This document shows, piece by piece, positions 13,101 to 27,245 of a stretch of 64,000 nt of DNA. The translations under genes were made by a program, and so were the position numbers. The DNA comes from Camelus dromedarius (lineage: Eukaryota): positions 45,944,001-46,008,000 of the forward strand of contig NC_087436.1 in NCBI RefSeq assembly GCF_036321535.1. The letters run 5' to 3'. The notes beneath the pieces were generated by a model. It was given only the letters and a program-made list of their open reading frames with translations. It ran no database searches and was not told the DNA's origin. The number at the start of each line of letters is the position of its first letter. The stretch's first letter is position 1.

Positions 13101-14019
13101 AGCTGAAAAACAAAATTCCTAATTCCCAAAGCATGAGACTGGGTAATACTCATAAACTAGAAATATGTTATTCATCATCAAAAGCCACAAGTCAACTGCC
13201 TAACTGTGTAGAGTGTGGTGTTAAATACTACACTAAGCAGAAGACAAGATGGGCACTGAGCAGAAATTATTTACACAACTTGCTTCCTCTGAAAGAAGGA
13301 AAATTACCTCTATGGCAAATTACCCTCGCTTGGTCTCATCTGTGCTGCCACTGATCTCTACCTGGAGGTTGAATATCCAGACAGAAAAGATGAAGAGAAC
13401 AAACTCTTACATAAAGAATTAAAAGGAATTCTAAATGCTCTGAGTTCTGTGAAACAGGGAAGCTCAGTAACTCTTGAAATAACAAGTCTGCTCACATAAT
13501 GGGAGAGTCCAGGGAAGGCAGTTCATACAATTCAGGGGAAAAGAGGGCAAATTTGCAGCTAAAAATAAGGCTTCAGAAGAAAAATTGTAGAGGATTCTTT
13601 TTCAGTATGATAAAAGAAAAAAAGAAAAAGAAAAAGCAGCCATGTTCCTCAAATCAAATTTTGAGTAAGCTGTCTAGCCTGGAGAAATGCTCTAGCTTTA
13701 AAACTTCTAAAGATGACAGACTAAATTTTAACTTAGGGAGATTGAGAAGGAAACTAGATCTAGGTTTCTCTGAGACCCTCCCTAACAAGGACCCAGAAAT
13801 AATTCTCCAGCAGTAAGTCCCGAACTGCTGCTCCAAGGCTGCCCACTTTGTCACTCATAATTTCCTCTGCCTTGAATGCCCTCCTCCTGGACTTGATCCA
13901 TAAAATTTTAGCCATGAAGCCAGACAAGGGTGCAAAGGTCAGAGTCAGACTGAATCCAAGTCCTGGTTCCATCTGCAGGACCAGGCCCAGGCCCTTCACC
14001 TCTCCAAACCTCACTTTCC

Positions 14020-14830
14020 TCTCCCTCAAGAAAACCCCAGTTTATCAGAAGGGTTTTCTCCCACATCAGCCCCTCCTGACTCTTCCTCATCTCAGTAAAT
14101 GCTCCCACCATCCACTCAGCTGCTCAACTCAAAACCAAGGGGCCCTTCTTCATTCCTTTCTTTTCACACATACAGCCCCTCAGCAAGTGCTGTCCACTCT
14201 ACTTTCAAAAGCAAACTCCAAATCAATCAAATTCCTCCTACTTCCACTGTTGCCACCCTCTCCAAGCCACCAGCACCTCTCCATGGCTCCTCGAAGTACC
14301 TCTGACCTGGTTTCCTGGCATCTATTCTCACCCTCTTCAATCTATCCTCCATACAATCGCCAAAATGATCTTCTAAGAGCATAAATCACATCTTGTTACT
14401 CCCTCGCTGAATGCTCAGTAGCCCACACTGCACTTAGGATAAAATTTCAATTCCTCCCCTGTCTGGCCTCTGCCTACCTCTCTGATTTCCTCTGTTTCTC
14501 CTTCCTTTGCTCTGTTCTTTCTGTAGTGGCCTCCTCTCTGTTCCTGAAATTCTTCAATTTCCTTCTTGCTCGAGGACTTTGCACTTGCTGGTCCTCTGCC
14601 TGGAATCCCCTTCCGTCCAGTCTTTGCACCACTGACCCGATCATCCAGGGCTGGCTCACGTGCTGCCTCCTCAGCTGGACCCCCCATCACCCCATCCCAG
14701 GCTGCTCTGCTGCAGGACTCCTTGCCCCTTACCTCTCCCTGTTTCAAATTCTTCCTAGTTCTTATCTCGAGCTGCAATTAAATCAGTTATGTGTTCACTT
14801 CCACTGGCCTCTCCCCACTAACTTCAAGTG
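14020..14830. mobile_element. L2a fragment
   Basis: Motifs catctcagtaaatgctcccaccatccactcagctgctcaa and ctctgcctggaatccccttcc. Confidence 0.75.
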
Positions 14831-15989
14831 AACAGGGAGGGATCTTGACTCTTACGTCCTGTTGTCAATGAGTCATATTTGGGGGTCGCGTGTCCTGAAC
14901 TCCATCAAAAGCTATTCACTTCCTAAAGTACTTCATGGATTCCATTTGATGAGGCAAAGCCCAGACCCTTTAATTCCCCGAAATCACACAACACATTGCC
15001 TTGTCCTCAAATAATTACTGAGATGAATTTAATTCTTCCCCAATACCTTTTAGGCTTTGTTGGTTACTCTCAATATTTCAACAAAACATTAAACTTTCAT
15101 CATTACTTCCAAAATGCTCCCAGATACGTGCCAGTAAGCACTAGTCATCTCCTACTGGTCATAGAAAAACTTGAAGAATTATGATTTACTTGGGGATAAA
15201 CTTAGTATCTTTTGAGAAAATTTTTTTTAAATCTCAGAAAACTAAATTTAGAAACAATGATAATGGTCAGAAGATTAGAACTGAAAGCTGTGGTGCATCT
15301 TGAGCTATGTTAATTTTATTAGAAATTTAAAAAAAAACTAATCTTCCTAGCAAAAGTGCATAGTGGAATCATTATCCATTACTCTAATATGTAATGTTAG
15401 TATTGTTTTCCACATGTTAATCTCCACGATTCTTCCTTTTCTCATCTTTACCCTTTAATGTTTAATAAATATCCACAAACTTAAAAAACTGCTGTGTGAG
15501 GAGAAAAAAAGGAACCTGATGTAATCATGATATAACAAAACACAGCAAATGTGCCTCAGTTTAATCTTGCAAAGATGTTACCCAGGCTTCCTCAAAATAG
15601 AATTCTTCTTAAAAACACAATTAACAGCAAATTCTTCTAACACTTCTGCCAGCTCCCATTTATCTTTATCTTAAAACCTAGCTTTAACTTCCAAAAGCTG
15701 GAGACAATAGCATCTGCCCTTTTTAAGCTTTAGCTGTTTCTTTGAAACTCAAACTGGAGCTTACAAAATGGAAACACCCGAGGCAACGTACCCAGGCACC
15801 ACCCTGAGAGCGTCAGTCAGTCTACACAGCTGAGCTGGTAACCGTGCATTTGTTTGGAAAAATAACAATGTCACTTATGTATTATGGTCATGATTTCTTA
15901 AAGAAAATAGCGGGTATTATGATGAAAGTTCATACTAGTTAAAAAAAAAAGGGGGGGGGAGACTATTTAATATTAATAGGTAGGTATGG

Positions 15990-16141
15990 GGGGAAGATAT
16001 AGCTCAAATGGTAGAGTGCATGTCTGGCATGCATGAGGTCCTGGGTTCAATTCCCAGTACCTCCACTGAAAAAGTAAATAAATAAATAAATAAACCTAAT
16101 TACCTTCCACCCTGCAAAAAAAAAAAAAAAAAAAAAAAAAG
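15990..16141 (+). mobile_element. tRNA-derived SINE (Vic-1-like), long-tail type
   Basis: A-box tagctcaaatgg and B-box ggttcaattcc, (AAAT)n linker, A25 tail. TSD aataggtaggtatgg (15975-15989) / aattggtaggtatgg (16142-16156). Confidence 0.9.
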
Positions 16142-19100
16142 AATTGGTAGGTATGGTATAAACATTTTCCCAGAGAAATTTAGTATCTGCTATAACTTCC
16201 TGTTTCAGAGGTTTCTCATTTCTGCTCCATGTATCTTTACCCCAGATTACCTGAAAATTTTCTTATGTGAAGAAGGAAAGACCAGATTTCTGAAACAGAC
16301 CGGATTGAAATAAGTAACAGCTGAAGCACCAGTCCTGATTCTGGGACAAAATGCGTGACTGACAAGCCACCTAACCACTCCAGCCTCGGTTTATTCATCT
16401 GAAAAAGGTGGAATGGGACAAGGTGATTTCTACATTACTATCATCTTTGAAATTCTGTCCTTGTGAAAAATCATAAACAATTACAAAAACTAACATTACA
16501 CATAGATGTAGAAAACACAGATGTCAATAAATAAAACTATCATTTCCTAAAAAGAGATGTAGGGTTCTCACAGGAAGACTGGGATGATGGGGGGGAGTGA
16601 AGGACGGACTACGCCAGGCACCTACTGGCAATCACACTTCAGAGTTACTCTGATTTTGTCTCTGAAGTAAAACTGCAGAAAAATCAGACTGCCTTTAACT
16701 GCATGTCCTAGGCTAGTCATAAATAATATAAAACCTTACTCATTTGTGAAATCAGGCACAGGGACTGGCACATAGTAAGTGCTCAAAAAAAACCTGTTAA
16801 ATGAGTAAATGAGTGACCAAAATACACACATGCTTTTGCTCCCTACCTCAAGAGGCTACGTTCTATGAATTAAAATTAAAAAATAATTCAAAAAAACTTC
16901 AAGTGTTACACAGAGGAGACAAAATTGGGCAGCTGGGTTGTCTAGAGTGACTTCCCAATGGCCAGACTCTCTGGCCTTTTGAGCTGACCAGGGCTACAGA
17001 CCCGAGCCAGGCCAATCACCTTCTCCTAGGAATCTGGAAACCTGAACACACAGGAAGTGACCGAGGGTGCTGAAGCATCGTACAGGGCTGCCCTGGAGAC
17101 AGGTGAATCCCCGCTGCAAAGTTCATGGACTTGCCCTGGTTCCAGTCCTCCCCGAAGACGGGCATCCAGCTATTCCTTGTAGAAGCTACTAAAATGTCCT
17201 TCCAATAGCTTTCTTGTTAAGATGGTCAGAGTTGGATTTTGTTGTTTTCAATAAAATTCATCTCATTAAATAGGAAAGATATGGGATATTACAAATATTC
17301 TATATCGCTTTAACTGTAATGTTACTGTTGAGAAAGGAGCTACCATCTATTGAAAATCAGTATAGCAGTACTTTGTGTCACATGATTTAGTTCTCAAGTA
17401 AATCCCATGAGGTAGGTGTTTTTCGTCCTGTTTCCCTAATGGGACTGCAAGGGTTAAACAGCTTGCTTGCAGGGCCCAAGTTCACATTCAGGCTGCTCTG
17501 ACTTCAAAGTCACCAGGCCAAATTGCCTCTAATATTATTATTTTTATTTTCAAAAACTCCTGGCTTTCAAAGGACTTTTCATAAATCTGAGCATTCAGAA
17601 TTATAATTACTTATCTGTGTAGCAATTGATATACCACTTATGTACAAGAGCCATGATTCTGAATAATAAAATTTTGAATATTAAATTTACTAAATCTCTT
17701 CTTTAAAGCCTTTGTACTCTTAAAAGTAGCTTCTTTTTCATAGTGGAAAGACTGTAGTGGAAAGGGTATAGGTAATTGTACAAAATGGTGGCACGAGAGG
17801 TGGGAGGACTGAGAAAGTAAAAATGAAACATTTCTGATTTTTTAAAAAGTAGCTTTTTTAAGGAAAAGAAAATTGTGATAAGAATTTTTTCTTGTAAATT
17901 TTCTTTGCTAGAAAAATCTTCAAATGTTGCATATTTTCTGTAAGAAATTTCTAGAAGGAATTTGGGATAGCTGAGAACTGTAGAATTAGCCAGGAAGGAG
18001 GTGACGGAGGGAGAATCCAGTGCTGAGAGCACACAGCACTGACAAGTCCGGACTGGCGCAGTCTCGGACATCTGCATTTCACGTGGGGCGCTGCCTCAGA
18101 AGGTAGGACACTGGCTAGTAGGAACCCTAATCTAGGACACTCATTTGTAACTGAAAGAACAACAAAAAAGATTAAAACTCAATCCCTCCTAAACTGTAGC
18201 ACTGAGAACCAGTACATTCTGTAGAGATCATGAAGGAAATAACTAGGGCAGATAACGTAAAGCAAGATTCTTCCAACCCAATGGAAACTGTGTTCCATTC
18301 AGTCTGATGAGTCTCATCTCATCCCACATCCTCTTTCCCTTTCACCCAAGACCATTTATGGAGCACTTATTATATTTGCTATGTAATGTACCAGACCGTG
18401 GAAATATACTGGTAAACAAGATATAACCCCTACACTGTGAGACGGATGAGTAAACAGAGTTGTACTGCTGTATGGTAGGGTCTATGATGGATGGAGTTTA
18501 GGGTGCTCTGAGTCCATCCACAGAGCCATGATTTAATCTTGAAGTGATTAGAGCATATTTTAACAAAATTAAATAACTTCAAAAAATGCCTCAGATGATC
18601 CTCAAGTTTAAATCATACTGACATTTCTATTAAAAAAAAAAATCCTTGAAGTCATACAATTGCTTTTCAAAGTCCTAAAGTTCCTTTAAGATCTTTCCTA
18701 GCAGGTTTTAACTTTTTAGCTTCCATCCATTCAAAACTCTTTGCTAATAAATAATTTGGTTATTTTACATATTTCATCCCAAATTTCAGAAATATTAGCT
18801 TTTTCTTCCTTATTACATTTTTTGTTGTTGTTGAAAAGAAACAAACATGTTACCACTGGGTGTGGGAAGGGAGAGAGGATATGGAGAATGGACTCCTGTC
18901 TTCCAGTCCTGTAAGTTGTTTACAATAAGCATAGATTCCTTTCATAACTGAGAAAAGTAAGTATTTATTAATAATGCCATAAAATCCACACATTGTTTTA
19001 TGTTCATGTTTTCTACAGATGAACTACAGAGATGCAAGTACACTGAAGTCATTTCATTGTGATTTAATTATTGCTCGGTAATAACTCTGGTAGTGACATT

Positions 19101-21484
19101 ATAATTTGTGACTTGGCATTAAGCAGGAACAAGTATAAAATAATAATGTGCTGTTTTATGTACTCTGTCCCTTGTTTTATTATGGTTTTTCTGTAAAATC
19201 TTGGGGGATAAAAATTTGCTTTATTTCTTCTGTATGCAGCTACTATAGAACATTATGTTCATTTCTCTCAGGGCTTTATAATTCAGTGCTGCCAACCCAA
19301 ATTCTCGCACTTTTTCTTCTAAGCATTTCAAAATGTTACACAGCCTTCATTCTATCGATCATGCAACATTTCTGCATGGTGCGTTAGAAACAACTAGGGT
19401 AATCACTATCTTCTCTCAAATGTACGTATTTGAGATAAAGATGGAGAATGAGTATATAAACTCTTGAACCACCAAGACTCTGAACCTTCAGCTGTATAAT
19501 TCAGAATTAAAAACACTCTCTAGTTTCTTAATCTTTCCTCTTTAACCCATTCTTTCTTTCCAACCAATTCGGTCTATTAATAGTCATGGAAAATCAAAGA
19601 AAAAAATTCAATCAAACTGGTGACGTTTACTACAGCTCATAGCTAGACGATGTTGATGCTGTGGTTTCTTCTTTTTTTTTTTTCAATTGAAGGATAGTTT
19701 GTTATAAATGTTGCATTAGTTTTGCTGTGGCTTTTTGAGCAAATTATTTAGTCCCTCTGAGCTTCAGTCTCGTCATCTGTAAGTGGGGATCAAACTGCCC
19801 CTTTTCCACTTGGAAGTGCTTAAAGGCACAGAGGAAGAGGGTTTGTAAATTATTAAGCATCATAAAGACAAAGTGTTATTAATATAATAAATGCTCTTTA
19901 TTCTTTTTGCTGGAGTAAAAATATTTACTTCATCAACATGGCTAGCGAACAATTTTAAATATGGTATCCTATACACATGAAAGCTATTCCATAGTAAGGC
20001 CAGATTTTGAAACCAACTCTAAAAATATATTTAGCACAAAATGGCCAGAAATGTTCTGATGAACATCGTTATTACAACCAAACACAAGAAATAAGCTAAA
20101 CTCATTAGGCCACGCACCCTTATGAGGGCTTGGTTTTTGGTTAGCTGCTTTTTAGTCTTCTCGCAATCTCTTTATATCAATAACAAAGAGAAAAAAACAT
20201 ACAATTACTGCCATCAAATCACTGGTGCACAGACTCAGTTATGTTAAAAACTGAACATTAATTTACGCCTGTGTGAGATTACAACATCTGGCATTTGGGA
20301 GGCTCTCGACAAACATTTCTCGCCTTACCTCATTCTCTTGTCACGTATGTAAGTCACTTGGAGTTCATAAATAGCTCTTTAGAGCACGTGAACAATAAGT
20401 TATAGTAGTGAACGGGACCAACTAAAATCTGTGTGTGATATAACTGAATAAAAAGGATAGAAAAATAACGTCAGATCAGTCCTGTCCAGTGATGACCTGT
20501 TTCCTGCCCACAATGTGCAATAAAGAAAGAAATCAGTAGGAGGGGAGGACAGGCCTCACTCGTGACCTGTTACTGGGGTTCTGGTTGGTGAGCCGCAAAG
20601 AGTCGCTGTGAACCTCTGCTGCGGGGTTCCAAAATTTAAGCTGATCCTTGTGGTGGAGATTATCAAGGCATCTGCCTGGCGTCTGCAGGGCCGTGAGCAC
20701 ACAGTGAAGGAACAGAAGGCTTGGAAGTTGACCGTGAATTCACTGGCAGTGCCCCTAACACTGTCCTCAGGGCCATCAGGTCAATCCCTAAAGGCCTCAG
20801 AATGAGCTGATGAGAGAGCATGAAGTATTCAAAAGCAGAGCTAAGTTAGGCAGGCAGGGCCGGCATCCACACTGTCACTCAACAGCTATGTGACCAGGTA
20901 CCTGACCTTCTCTAAGTCTCCAGGTGCTCACCTACACCATGGGGCTGTCGGCACCGCCTCGCAGGGCTGGCATAAGCATTAGAGCCGAGTGGGTGTGTAA
21001 GGCACCTCGGCACTCAGGGAGCGCAGCCTCACCACTCTCACTCTCTGATTACGGCCATTGTAATTTCTCAGACATGAGCCCAAAACACAATTACAGACTA
21101 ACTCCACTGAAAACCTAAGAGCTTTGTTCATTTCAAGAGCAACAGCACAACACAGAAAAAGATTCAATATTCAGTAATGGACTTGAAACCAACTGGGACG
21201 GCTGGTATAGCAGACATCAGTTTGGGGAGGGTAGTAAGTGCATCCTCTAGGAAGCTTATTATTAAGTCGACAATTTTCTTTGCTGTATGTTAAGTCATAA
21301 GCAAGAAAGAGTGTATGGGAAAAGGCCATTACTATGAGTAATGCAACTATTTAAAGATTAATGATATTTACTAGAAAAACCATATCCTCAGTCAGGTCAT
21401 ATTTTATTTCTCCTACAGTTCCTACTTTGGCCCAGGGGTTATAAATCTTTGCTAATGATAATTCGCTTTTTTAAGTTTATACAT

Positions 21485-21740
21485 ATATATTTTAAAGTGT
21501 AGTCAGTTTACAATGTGTCAGTTTCTGGTGTACAGCATAATGTTTCAGTCACACGTGAACATACATATATTCATTTCCATATTCTTTTTTACCATAAGTC
21601 ACTTCAAGATATTGAATATAGTTCCCTGTGCTATACAGCATAAACTTGTTGTTCATCTATTTTATACTTACTAGTATCTGCAAAAAATTTTTTTCCTTCC
21701 AGTTTTACTGAGATATACTTGATATACAGCACTGTATACT
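21485..21740 (-). mobile_element. Two adjacent L1 3'-end fragments
   Basis: gtgtagtcagtttacaatgt...atattgaatatagttccctgtgctatacag, followed by ccagttttactgagata...cagcactgtat. Confidence 0.75.
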
Positions 21741-21865
21741 TTTGGGGGGGGAATGTAGTTAGATTTTATTTAGTTATTTATTTTTTAAATGGAGGCACTG
21801 GGGATTGAACCCAGGACCTTGTGCATGCTCAGCAAGTGCTCTACCACTGAGCTATACCCTCCCCC
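21741..21865 (-). mobile_element. tRNA-derived SINE (Vic-1-like)
   Basis: Reverse-complement head: ggaggcactggggattgaacccagg...ctctaccactgagctatac. Confidence 0.88.
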
Positions 21866-21961
21866 TCCATTACTGGGCTGTTTCTTCACCTGCCATTTAA
21901 TTAGGTAAAAGTGCAATATATTAATTTAATAAGAAACACAGTAACCAAAAGAAGTTATTAT

Positions 21962-22420
21962 ATGAGTCTTAGTTTGGGTTTCTCCGAAAGTAGAGCCTGA
22001 GACAAGGATGTGGGTGAAGTAACTGATTTTAGAGGTGATCTGACGAAGTGAGAGAGAGAGAGAATGGGAGGCGTGAGACAGGGAAGGAAGAAAAGCCAAT
22101 CAATCTATAAGCATTACTGAGGATGCTGCTGTAGACAATAGGCGACAAATCCCACCAGTACTCAAGAGAAGCATTCTGAATATCTCCCAGAATTGTCCAT
22201 TTGGAAGACAGGAGGCTGGAGCATTTACTTAGCATGGTGGAGGGTGGTCCCCAGGTCGGGGTTGGGGGGGAGTGGGCGGAGAGGGGAAGGGGCACTAACT
22301 CCACTGCCCTTCCAGGCTGCACTTGCAGAACACAGGAAGACTGGGTGTATGTGAGTTTGAGGTGAACACAGGCAGTGGAAGATGAGTCTGGATTTGCAAG
22401 ACACCACCCATCAAAGCTAC
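21962..22420. mobile_element. ERVL-type LTR (LTR16/LTR33 class)
   Basis: Terminal motif tcttagtttgggtttctccgaaagtagagcctgagacaagg. Confidence 0.55.
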
Positions 22421-25400
22421 AATTGAAATTAGAAGTGGGCAAAGGGGATGTGTGCAAAGACTGGGGACATCTGCTACACATAAAATACCAAGAAGTTACA
22501 TGTGAAAACAAGACTGCCCAGTCTTTCCCAAGGAATATAGGAAATTGCTCTTATTTTGATCTTCCCCAAATAGTTTTGAGAGCATCTTTACCTATAGGAG
22601 ATATAAAACTAGGTCAAAAGTAGGCAAATAAAATGTTTGCATATTGCTTATTGTGGGCTTAATAAATATCTAATTAGATTTTATCACTACAAAGAGGTTA
22701 ACTGCAATATTATTTACAACAGCAAAAAAAAAAAAAAAAACTGGAAGCAACTCAACTATCCAATAACGACAAAAGGGTTAAATAAATTATGAATCTGTAA
22801 AATACATTATGCATCCATTAAAATTGATTTCAAGAAAGCATTGATGACACGAGGGAAGTCTCATGATAATGATAATCTGAAAGAAGTTAGATCCAAAACT
22901 ACACAGTGTTAATGCACTTGTGTAAAAGTATTTACAGGTGGTCTTCAAATTTCTTGTATTTCAAAACCAGTACTTTCACAACTATACTTTTTCACTTCTG
23001 TTACACCAAATTTGGATCCCAGTGCATCAGCTAACCAAATGTGGTTTGCTGCCTCCCACCCTCTCAAGCATATGTGGAAATGCAAGGGGAGCCTTTCTTG
23101 GTTGCCATCTTGACTGGCAGGTGTTACAAACATGATGGACAGAGATGCTAAACATTCTGCAGTAAACCAAAGAGAACAGACACCTGTCCTGCCAAAACAC
23201 TCACTGTAAAAGTAATGAGCTAAGGAATTAACACTCAGGATGCCCCTGTGCCAGACCATAGCTCAGTTTTGCAAGCATCGGCGCCAAAAAGGTGAGGCAA
23301 ACATGGACTATAATTTGCATATATCACTATTATTTTATAAAACTGGGCAAAGATGGGTACCTCAAGAAGCTAATACTGATATTACAGAGCAGAGAGATTA
23401 CAATAGGGGTGGGACAAAGAAGGAAATTAAGAGAGGTGCAAGAGTGGAGACTTTTCAATATGAAATTGTATATTTAGACTTTTGTCAACTGCATATGCAT
23501 TCATGCAGTTATAATGCAAAAGAACAAAATTAAAGCCCATGTTCCAATTATGGAAATTCATAATCACAAACTGTCTAAAAGTGAGGTATCATTTGCAATT
23601 TTACAATACGTTCTTTCTTGGGGAGAGAACAAATCCACATAAAGTACACTGTACACATTTGTACCTTGGCACGTGTTTTTAAAAACATGTGCAGACATGA
23701 TTGTGAACAGAGAAAAGGCTGGAAGGAAAATATCAAAATATTAGTATGGTTATTCCTTTGTGGTGAAATTATCAGAGGTTTTCATTTTCTTCTTTACTGG
23801 TATTTTAAATGAAAGACTAAGTCTGCAACGCTCTCAAGAAAATCCAAAAGTCAGCAAAACAGACTAAGTCACGTGTGTTTAAGGTGCGTGTCAGGTCCAC
23901 GTGAGAGCAAAACAGAGCTGGGCTGGGTGGAAGAAAAGACGACAAGATCTGAATCTGGGCTATGTCCACAGAGTTGGTTCTCTGTTGAGTAATAAATGGC
24001 TCAGATGATGGACAATACAGCCCCTCTGTATAGAGTCTACCAGAGGTGAAAACCACTGGCAAGACTTTCAAGATCCATACAAGCCAAAGGGACATGAGTC
24101 AGGACAGCACACATAATCAAGACCTAAAAGTCTGTCCTACTACTAAGATAAAGCAGTAAGAAGTAACACGTAAAATTCTCTAGCAGGAGGTAGTTACAAT
24201 TTAAGCAAAGCTGATCAGTGGGAAAGGAAGTAAGTTAACTAGAAAGGTAATTTAGAAACAGGAGAATATAAATAATATGGGGAAAAGCAGGTCTCACGAC
24301 ATTCATTCATTAATTCATTTCACCAATGTTTGTTGAGTGAGAACTCCGAAGCTCAATGGCCTCAACACACGTTCATTTTACACGCATTCTCTTTGAACTT
24401 AAGTCTTTGGTTTAGGCCCTCTCTGTGGTCATCAGTTTCCTAAGCTACTGCTCACCACGTTGGAGGTACTTCCTTTTCTTGTCCTAAGTGGACATGATGG
24501 TGCACAAATGCTGACACTCATCATTCACTGATCTTTGGAAATGATGTGAATGACAAGTGTCACTAGGCAAGAATGTCCTCTCCTTCAGCACTACATGTAG
24601 TGACCCTTCTCAGATGTGCCCTTGGGAGAAAGTTTTTCACAGATAAAGGATGATTCTTCTTCATTGAGGAGTATATGCATCCTAAAACCATCTTCTTTAA
24701 ATTACATCTTTAACACATGGAGACCTAGCAAATAAATTCATGTCTATGAAAATTATATTACCCAGGATTTTATACACTGCCAGCACCCTCAAGTCTTTTC
24801 TTTCGGGTTGGCCAGAAGGCCAGAATCCACACAAGAGGCTCTTCTAATCTGCTTGGAGTAGGTAATCCTGGGGGCCAGCTTTCTGCAATATGGTTAAAGA
24901 AAGATGGCTGGAGTCTCAACCTCAGTCAGTGAACTTTCAATCCATCCTCCTGTTTTCCAGAGTAGGCCTGTTCTCCACTGTGCCTCATGTCCCCAGCCCA
25001 AGGAAATACAACTCTGGGATGGGTTCCTTCCACGTAGGAGAGAGGGCGCCCGCCCAGCTGTACAGAGTAGAAAGAGAGCCTGGGGTCTAATAGCTTCTTA
25101 ATCAGATTTTCAATCAATCCTCAGCTTACAGCCCACCATAGTTTGGGAAGTACTTGTTCCATCAAATCCCAAAGTTAAATGGTGTGAACTGGCTGTTTCT
25201 TGGCTTTGCCCATCGCTGCCTAATGATAAGCCTTCTGGACTGCCTTATCAGTTGGGATTCAACTGAAGAAGCGAATCTCTGGTGAGTGTGTGTGTGACCA
25301 GAGAGATCTGTTCCCGAGATCTGGCCTCATGCAACTGTGGGAACTGGATAAGCGGTTTCTATGAGGCTGTCTGATTCTGAAGCTGAAGTCCACAGGGCAG

Positions 25401-25949
25401 GCAGGTGGGAAAGGAAGATGGATGTAAAGCAGAGGAGAGAAAAGCTTAAAAACCACAGCACAACCTGGAGCCCATGAAGACAGACTGCAATTTGTGTCAG
25501 TTTGTCAGTTCCTGCTGCTCCTGACCTTGGTGACAAGGATACTCTGCAGAAGCTGGAGCCCTCCCTCACAGACAGAAACACACACGTCTGGCCCAGGAGT
25601 CTGAGACACCGAGGAGGATGGAGGGGAAGGCGGAGCAGGTGCAGCCCAGCTGCTGCTTCACACCCACGAAGTGTCATCAGAGCAGCTGATGCGGGGGGCG
25701 GGGGACAGATAACCTGTCTCTTTAGTTTCACAGGTCTGCACAAGGAGAGGCACTGGCCTCAAAGTGCTGCTCTCAAAGGCCTGGACCTGATCCAGATGAC
25801 ACAGTTCTGGACTTCGAGCTCATGCTGTGACGGGATGAGGCTTCTGGGGCCTTGGGTGGAGGTGAACGTATCTCTGCGCTGGAGGGACATGAATCATCAG
25901 GCGGGCAGCTGTATGTGGTTTTCAAACACCATCCTTCAACACAAGGTGG

Positions 25950-26220
25950 CGGATGCACAAACCCACACATGAGACCAAACTGAACAAACTCGTACAGAAC
26001 TGAACACACAAATGAGTACAGGGAAAACTGGGATATGTGACTAAGGCTGGTGGATTACATCACTGTTAATATTGACATCCTGGCTGTGCTATTACACTAC
26101 TTGTGCAAAATAACACCTTTGGGGAAAATGGGTAAAGTGTACACCGTATCTCTCTGTATTATTTCTTACAATTGCCTGTGAATCTGCAATTATCTCAATA
26201 AATATTTCAATAATGAAAAA
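25950..26220 (+). mobile_element. L1MC 3' end
   Basis: atctctctgtattatttcttacaattgcctgtgaatctgcaattatctcaataaa. Confidence 0.75.
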
Positions 26221-26221
26221 C

Positions 26222-26714
26222 AGATGGCTCTCTGAGGTCCCATTCCTGGCACTCCACACCCCACCCCCGCATAATCCCTTCCTCTTGAGTGTTAGTGGGA
26301 CCCAGTGACGTGCTTCGAGCAAATGCAATACAGCAAAAGTGATGGGATGTTACTTCCATGATTAGGTTTCGAAAGACTCTGACTTCTGTCTGCTGGACTA
26401 GCCCTGCTGCCTCTCAGCCTGCACACTGTGATGAAGCAAGCTGCTGTGTTGGAGAGGCCCGGGGGCAAGGAACTGCAGATAAGCTCTGCCCAAAAGCCAG
26501 CGAGAAGGGAAGCCTGCAGCCCATCCCTGGTGAGGAACCGAACTCTGCCAGCAACCACTGGGTGAGCCTGGAAGCCCTGAGGTGACTTCTGCCTGAGAGA
26601 GACCCTGCAGCATGCCTGGATTCCAGACCCCGGAGACAGGACCAGCAACGTGCACAGTCGTTAAGCTACTAACTTTCGACATATTTTGTTATGTAACAAT
26701 ACATAACTAATCCA
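26222..26714 (+). mobile_element. MaLR LTR (MLT1D/E-like)
   Basis: gaactctgccagcaaccac...gcctggattcc...ttgttatgtaacaatacataactaat. Confidence 0.75.
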
Positions 26715-26895
26715 GGCTTTTTATTTTTGTCCCTCTGCTTTCTAACGCCAATATTTTGTTGCTGCTGTTTGTTTCCCAATTCCTTTATTCTTGTGGGTTT
26801 ATATCTCTTTTTTTTTTCCTGTGTTCTTTTTTCTTAGGAAACCATTATGTATTTGTTGAAGCTGCCACTTTTTCCTGGAAGTCACTCTCAAATCT

Positions 26896-27245
26896 TGTTA
26901 TGGATGAACTGTGTCTCCCCCCCAACCTCATTCATATGTTGAAGCCTTAATTCCCAATGTGATGGCATCTGGAGGTGGGTCTTGGGAGGCAATTAGGTTT
27001 AGATGAGATCAGGAGGGTGGGGCCCCATGATGGGATCAGTGCCCTTAGAGGAAAAGGAGGAGACACGGGAGCTTTCTCTCTCCACCAGGTGAGGACAAGG
27101 AGAGAAGACAGGAACAGGGTTCTTGCCAGGAATCAAATCTACCAGCACCTTGATCTCAGACTTCCAGCCTCCAGGACTGTGATAAATGTCTCTTATTTAG
27201 ACCACCCAGTCAGTGCTGCTTTGTCACAGCAGCCTGAAATGAATG
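26896..27245 (+). mobile_element. MaLR LTR (MLT1A-like)
   Basis: tgttatggatgaactgtgtctcccc...cattcatatgttgaagcctta...gacttccagcctccaggactgtga. Confidence 0.8.

Noticed and set aside
13848..14831. Cluster of 100-180-aa ORFs
   Set aside because: They overlap a decayed L2 and show no coherent splice signals or protein features.
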